Below, piece by piece: positions 57,201-63,200 of a DNA stretch of 64,000 nucleotides (position 1 is the stretch's first letter; each line of letters opens with the position of its first letter). The notes beneath the pieces were generated by a model that worked only from the letters and a program-made list of their open reading frames with translations, ran no database searches and had not been told where the DNA came from. A program made the position numbers and the translations under genes. This DNA is from Elusimicrobiota bacterium. GTDB lineage: Bacteria > Elusimicrobiota > Elusimicrobia > F11. The stretch lies in the NCBI GenBank assembly GCA_044221725.1, contig JBGAON010000005.1, positions 192,001 to 256,000 of the forward strand. Direction: 5' to 3'.

Positions 57201-60200
57201 GTCGTGCGCGCGAACCAAGCACGCTTGTGGCGATCGACCACGAATTCGTGGAGCGACGACTCGACTCGTCTGAATACCTGGTCCGCCGAACTGTCGAACG
57301 TTGTTCCATCGGAAATACCACCCGCACGCGTGGGCCCAATTCGCTCGACAACGCTTTCCGGCGCGGGCACGTTCGAAAACCCGGCCGAGAACCGCGACGG
57401 CACGAAGAGCCGCCAAACGATGGTGGTGACGAACGCGTACAACCGATACGGCCGGCTCGTCAACGAAGCCGATATGCTGATCAACGGCAACGTGCAGCAC
57501 GTGAAAACCGAAGGCAATGGAACATCGTGGAGTTTCGACGGGTTGTTTGCGTTCAATGGCGCCACCGTGCATCAAGACTTCATGATCACACGGTCCCAAC
57601 AAACGCGACTCAGCCGTGTCGACAACTATGGTTTTAGCACCGACGAGAACGACAGCAACCGCTACGGCTTCACGAATCCGTACGTGAATCCGTTGACCGG
57701 CGAATGGAATATTTCGCACACGGCCGTCGATTATTCGCAGTCGTACGACCGGTTCGGTCGGCTTACGGGTGTCGCGCCGTTCGCGGCATCGCCGAACGTG
57801 TCGGATCCGTTTGTGAACATGGCGTTGTCGTACGACGGCATCTCAAATTTCACGCGCACCGAAATTAACACCGTGAACGACGAAACAATTTGGTTGAACT
57901 CGGGCCAAGCAAAGACCGCGCAATCGGTGGCCACAAGTTACACGGTGCAATTGGCACAAAACAATCCGAGTTTCCGGTTCCAGGATTACATCGGTACGTT
58001 CGACAATCCGGGTTTATCCGCTACCGGTTGGCAGCGTTCGATTGGAACAACCTATTACCGTTCGGATAACAATTCGCGCCGCGTGTACGACGAATCGGGC
58101 CGCGTCGTGGGTCAAGCGCCCTGGAGCGTCACGAAATCGCAGCGCTTCAACGCGCTCGGAATTCCGGGTGTCGACATCAATTACGACGCATCAATCAGCT
58201 ACGGCAGCACGAACGACCTTATTTGGCGAGAGACAGGCGCGCAGCGGTCCGATGAACAAGTCACGCGGTCGTGGAGCGCCGACGCGGACTTCGCGAACTC
58301 GTTCACGAATTTTAGTTTTGACAATCCCAACATCTCCGCGTTGACGGGGGAAGGCAGCACGAGTTGGAGCTTGCTTGATTCGCGAGGTTCTTACTACACC
58401 AGTGGTACCAACATTGGTCGCATCAACCGCGATGCGGCGCCGCGCACGTACGGAGGAAGCTGGCAGCACAATTTTGATGGCACGGCCGTGCGCAGCGATA
58501 ATGTCACCGAAAACGACGTTGCTGTTTGGGCCGCGTCCGGAAAAGTGACACCGCGCACGGTCACGAACACGAGCTGGACGACCGACTGGGCATCGCGGTC
58601 CGCGTGGACGATTCCCGGCGTGACGGTGTTGGGTCTTGATGCGAACGGTAGCCAAGTGGCGGGCCTCACAGCGATTTGGGGCGGTCATAGTTTTGATACG
58701 CCGTACGTCGGACCGACAGGGTGGCAGCGTTCGATTGGCTCCACGTATTTTGCGAACGCGGACAATTCGAAGCGCGCTTACAATTTGTACGGTCGCCCCA
58801 CCGGCGACGCGCCGTGGAGCATCACGCAGTCGCAGCGATTCAATTCGCTCGGTGTGATTGGTGTCGACATCAATTACGACGCGTCGATCAGCTACGCGAC
58901 ATCCAACAACACAATCTGGCAAAAGACCGGCACGCAGCGTTCCGATGAGCAAATCACGAAAACGTGGAGCGCGACCGAAAACTTCGTCGATTCGTTCGCG
59001 TCGTTCAGCTTCGATAATCCGAATATCTCGGCACTCACCGGCGAAGGCAGCACAAGCTGGAGCGTGCTTGATTCGCGCGGCTCGTATTTCACGAGCGGCC
59101 CCGACATCGGGAAAATAAATCGCGCGGTGGCACCGCGCAGTTACGGCGGAAGTTGGCAGCGCAATTTCGATGGGACATCGGTGCGCAGCGATAGCGTGAC
59201 CGAAAATGATCTTGTCGTATGGGCCGCTTCCGGCCGCGTGACCCCTCGCAGCGTCACGAACACAAGCTGGACAACGGATTGGACAGCCCGTTCGGTTTGG
59301 AGCGTGGCTGGCGTTCCTATCGTGGGACTGGATGCCCAGGGGAATTCCGTGGCGGGATTGGACCGTATTTGGGGCGGCAACAGTTTCGATGATCCGTTTG
59401 AAGGACCGACGGGATGGCAACGCAGCGTGAGCACCTCGTACTTCGCGAACCCCGACAACACGAAGCGTGCGTACAACGAATACGGCCGGCCCACCGACGT
59501 GGCGCCGTGGAGCGTCACGCAGTCGCAGCGGTTCAATTCGCTTGGAATTCCGGGCGTCGACATCAATTACGACGCATCGATTGGCTACGGCACATCGAAC
59601 AGCGCGATTTGGCAAGCCACCGGCGTTCAACGTTCGGACATTCAGGTCACGCAGACCTGGAGTGCTGCCCAAGATTTCAAAGCGTCGTTCACGAATTACA
59701 ATTTCAACAATCCAAACATTTCGAGCTTGACCGGTGAAGGCAGCACGAGTTGGAGCTTGCTCGATTCGCGCGGCTCGTATTACGAGAGCGGTGTCGATAT
59801 CGGAAAAATTAATCGATCGGTTGCCCCGCGCAGCTATGGCGGAAGTTGGCAGCGCAGTTTTGATGGAACGTCGGTGCGCAGCGATAGCGTCACCGACAAC
59901 GATCTCGATGTATGGGCCGCCTCGGGTCGCATTAGTCCGCGCACCGTGACCACGACGAGTTGGACCACCGACTGGACAAGCCATTCGGCCTGGACCATCG
60001 CGGGCGTTCCGGTGATGGGCCTCGACGCGCAGGGAAATTCCGTCGCCGGTCTGGATCAAATTTGGGGCGGCGATAGTTTCGCCACGCCGCACGAGGGCCC
60101 GACCGGATGGCAACGGTCGATCGGTACAACATATTTTGCGAGCAGCGATAACGCGCGACGCGCGTACAATCTTTTTGGTCGCCCAACCGGCGATGCGCCG

Positions 60201-63200
60201 TGGAGCATCACGCAGTCGCAACGCTTCAATGCGCTGGGCGTCCCGGGTGTTGATGTGAATTACGATGCATCGATATCCTACGGAACATCGAACAACGTCA
60301 TCTGGCAAGCCACCGGCGTCCAGCGTTCGGACATGCAAATCACGCAAACGTGGAGCTCGGTGGCGGATTTCGTGGATTCGTTCACGAGTTTCAATTTCGA
60401 TAATCCCGCCATCTCTCCGCTCACGGGCGAGGGCAGCACGAGTTGGAGTTTGTTGGATTCCCGGGGATCGTATTTTGAGTCGGGCAGCGAGATCGGCCGG
60501 ATCAACCGCGAAGTGGCGCCACGCAGTTACGGTGGAAGTTGGCAACGCAGCTTCGACGGCACCGCGGTGCGCAGCGACAGCATTACCGAAAACGATTTGT
60601 CGGTGTGGGAAGTATCGGGCCGCGTCACGCCGCGCAGCGTGACCAACACAAGTTGGACCACGGATTGGAAAACGCGTTCGTTCTGGCAAATCGACAATGT
60701 TCCGTTGATGGCGTTTGGTAGCGATGGTCGTACGGTTGTCGGGCTCGACCGTATTTGGGGTGGACAAAGTTTTGATGCTCCGTACGAAGGACCGACCGGA
60801 TGGCAGCGCTCCATCGGCACCACGTATTTCGCGAACGCCAATGATTCCAAGCGCGCGTACAATTTGTACGGACGTCCGACGAACGTGGCACCATGGAGCG
60901 TCACGAAATCCCAGCGGTTCAATTCGCTCGGTGTCCCGGGTGTTGATATCAATTACGATGCATCGATCAGCTACGGCACAAACAACAACGCGATTTGGCA
61001 ACAAACCGGCGTGCAACGTTCCGAACTTCAAACGACAAAAACATGGAGCGCGGCCGCTGATTTTAATGCGTCGTTTACGAATTTCACTTTTGACAATCCG
61101 AATATCTCCGACTTAACCGGCGAAGGCAGCACGAGCTGGAACGTGCTTGATTCACGCGGTTCGTATCTTACGAGCGGTCCCGACATTGGAAAAATTAATC
61201 GTGCGGTCGCACCGCGCAGCTACGGCGGAAGCTGGCAGCGCACGTTTGACGGAACCGCGGTGCGCAGCGATAGCGTGACCGAGAACGATCTTGTTGTGTG
61301 GGCGGCCTCGGGCCGAGTAACGCCACGCGCGATTACGAACACGAGCTGGACCACCGATTCCTCAGCCCGGTCGGCATGGACGATCGCGGGCGTTCCGCTT
61401 GTTGGCCTGGACGCCGACGGAAATTCCGTTGTGGGGCTTGATGCGATCTGGGGTGGCAACAGTTTTGGTAGCCCGTTTGAAGGCCCAACCGGTTGGCAGC
61501 GCAGTATCGGCGTCACGTATTTTGCGAACGCGGACGATTCGAAGCGCTCGTACAACGAGTTCGGTCGCCCCACCGATGTGGCGCCATGGAGCATCACGAA
61601 ATCCCAGCGGTTCAATTCGCTGGGTGTCCCGGGTGTTGATATCAATTACGATGCATCGATTAGTTATGGCACAAACAACAACGCAATCTGGGTCGCCACC
61701 GGCGTGCAACGGTCGGACATGCAAATCACTCAGACATGGACCGCGGCGGCTGATTTCAACGCATCGTTCAACAATTTCAGTTTTGACAATCCGAATATTT
61801 CGGATTTGACCGGTGAAGGCAGCACGAGTTGGAGCTTGCTCGATTCGCGCGGGTCCTACTTCGAATCGGGCAGCGAGATTGGAAAAATTAATCGTGCGGT
61901 CGCACCGCGTAGCTACGGCGGAAGCTGGCAGCGCAATTTCGATGGAACCGCTGTTCGCAGCGATAGCGTGACCGAGAACGATGCGGTGGTGTGGGCGGCC
62001 TCGGGTCGCGTGACGCCGCGTTCCATCACAAACACGAGTTGGACGTCCGACATCGCAACACGTTCCACGTGGGAAATTCCGGGCGTCTCCATTGCAGCGT
62101 TCGGTGCGGATCGAAATGTTGTGGCCGGCCTCGACCGCGTTTGGGGCAGTAACAATTTTGAAGACCCGTTCAGCGGCCCAACGGGATGGCAGCGCTCCAT
62201 CGGCACAACGTATTTCGCAAATTCGGACAATTCGAAACGCGCCTACAACCAGTTCGGTCGACCGACCGATATTGCGCCGTGGAGCGTTACAAAATCGCAG
62301 CGCTACAACGCGCTCGGGATTCCGGGTGTCGATATTAACTACGACGCTTCCATTAGCTACGGCACATCGAACAGCGCCATCTGGCAAGCGACCGGTGTTC
62401 AGCGATCGGAAATCCAAGTGACACAAACGTGGAGCGCTGTTCAGAATTTTGTGAATTCGTTCACGAATTATTCATTCGACAATCCGAATATTTCGGATTT
62501 GACCGGCGAAGGCAGCGCGAGCTGGAGTTTGCTCGATTCGCGCGGATCGTATTTCACGACCGGGGCCGACATTGGCAAAATCAATCGCGCCGTTGCGCCT
62601 CGCAGCTACGGCGGAAGTTGGCAACACAATTTCGACGGGACAGCGGTGCGCAGCGATAGCGTGACGGAAAACGATCTCGTCGTGTGGGCCGCGTCGGGCC
62701 GGGTTGTGCCGCGCAGCGTAACGAACACGAGTTGGACCACCGACTGGGTCAGTCGTTCGGCTTGGACGATCGCTGGCGTTTCGATCGTTGGTTTGAACGC
62801 CGAAGGAAATTCCGTGGCCCGTTTGGATTCCATTTGGGGCGGCAACAGTTTTGCTGCTCCTTACGAAGGCCCGACCGGATGGCAGCGCAGCGTCGGCACC
62901 ACGTACTTTGCGAACAGCGACAATTCCAAACGCTCGTACAACAATTACGGGCGTCCGACCGACGTGGCGCCATGGAGTATTTCGAAATCGCAGCGGTTCA
63001 ATTCGCTCGGTATTCCGGGTGTTGATATTAATTACGACGCCTCCATCTCGTACACGACGTCGAACAATTCGATTTGGAAAGCGACCGGCGTGCAACGCTC
63101 GGACATTCAGCTCACGAAAACATGGAGCGCCACCGCCGGATTTGATGCATCGTTCACCAATTTCAGTTTCGATAACCCGAACATTTCGGACTTGACCGGC

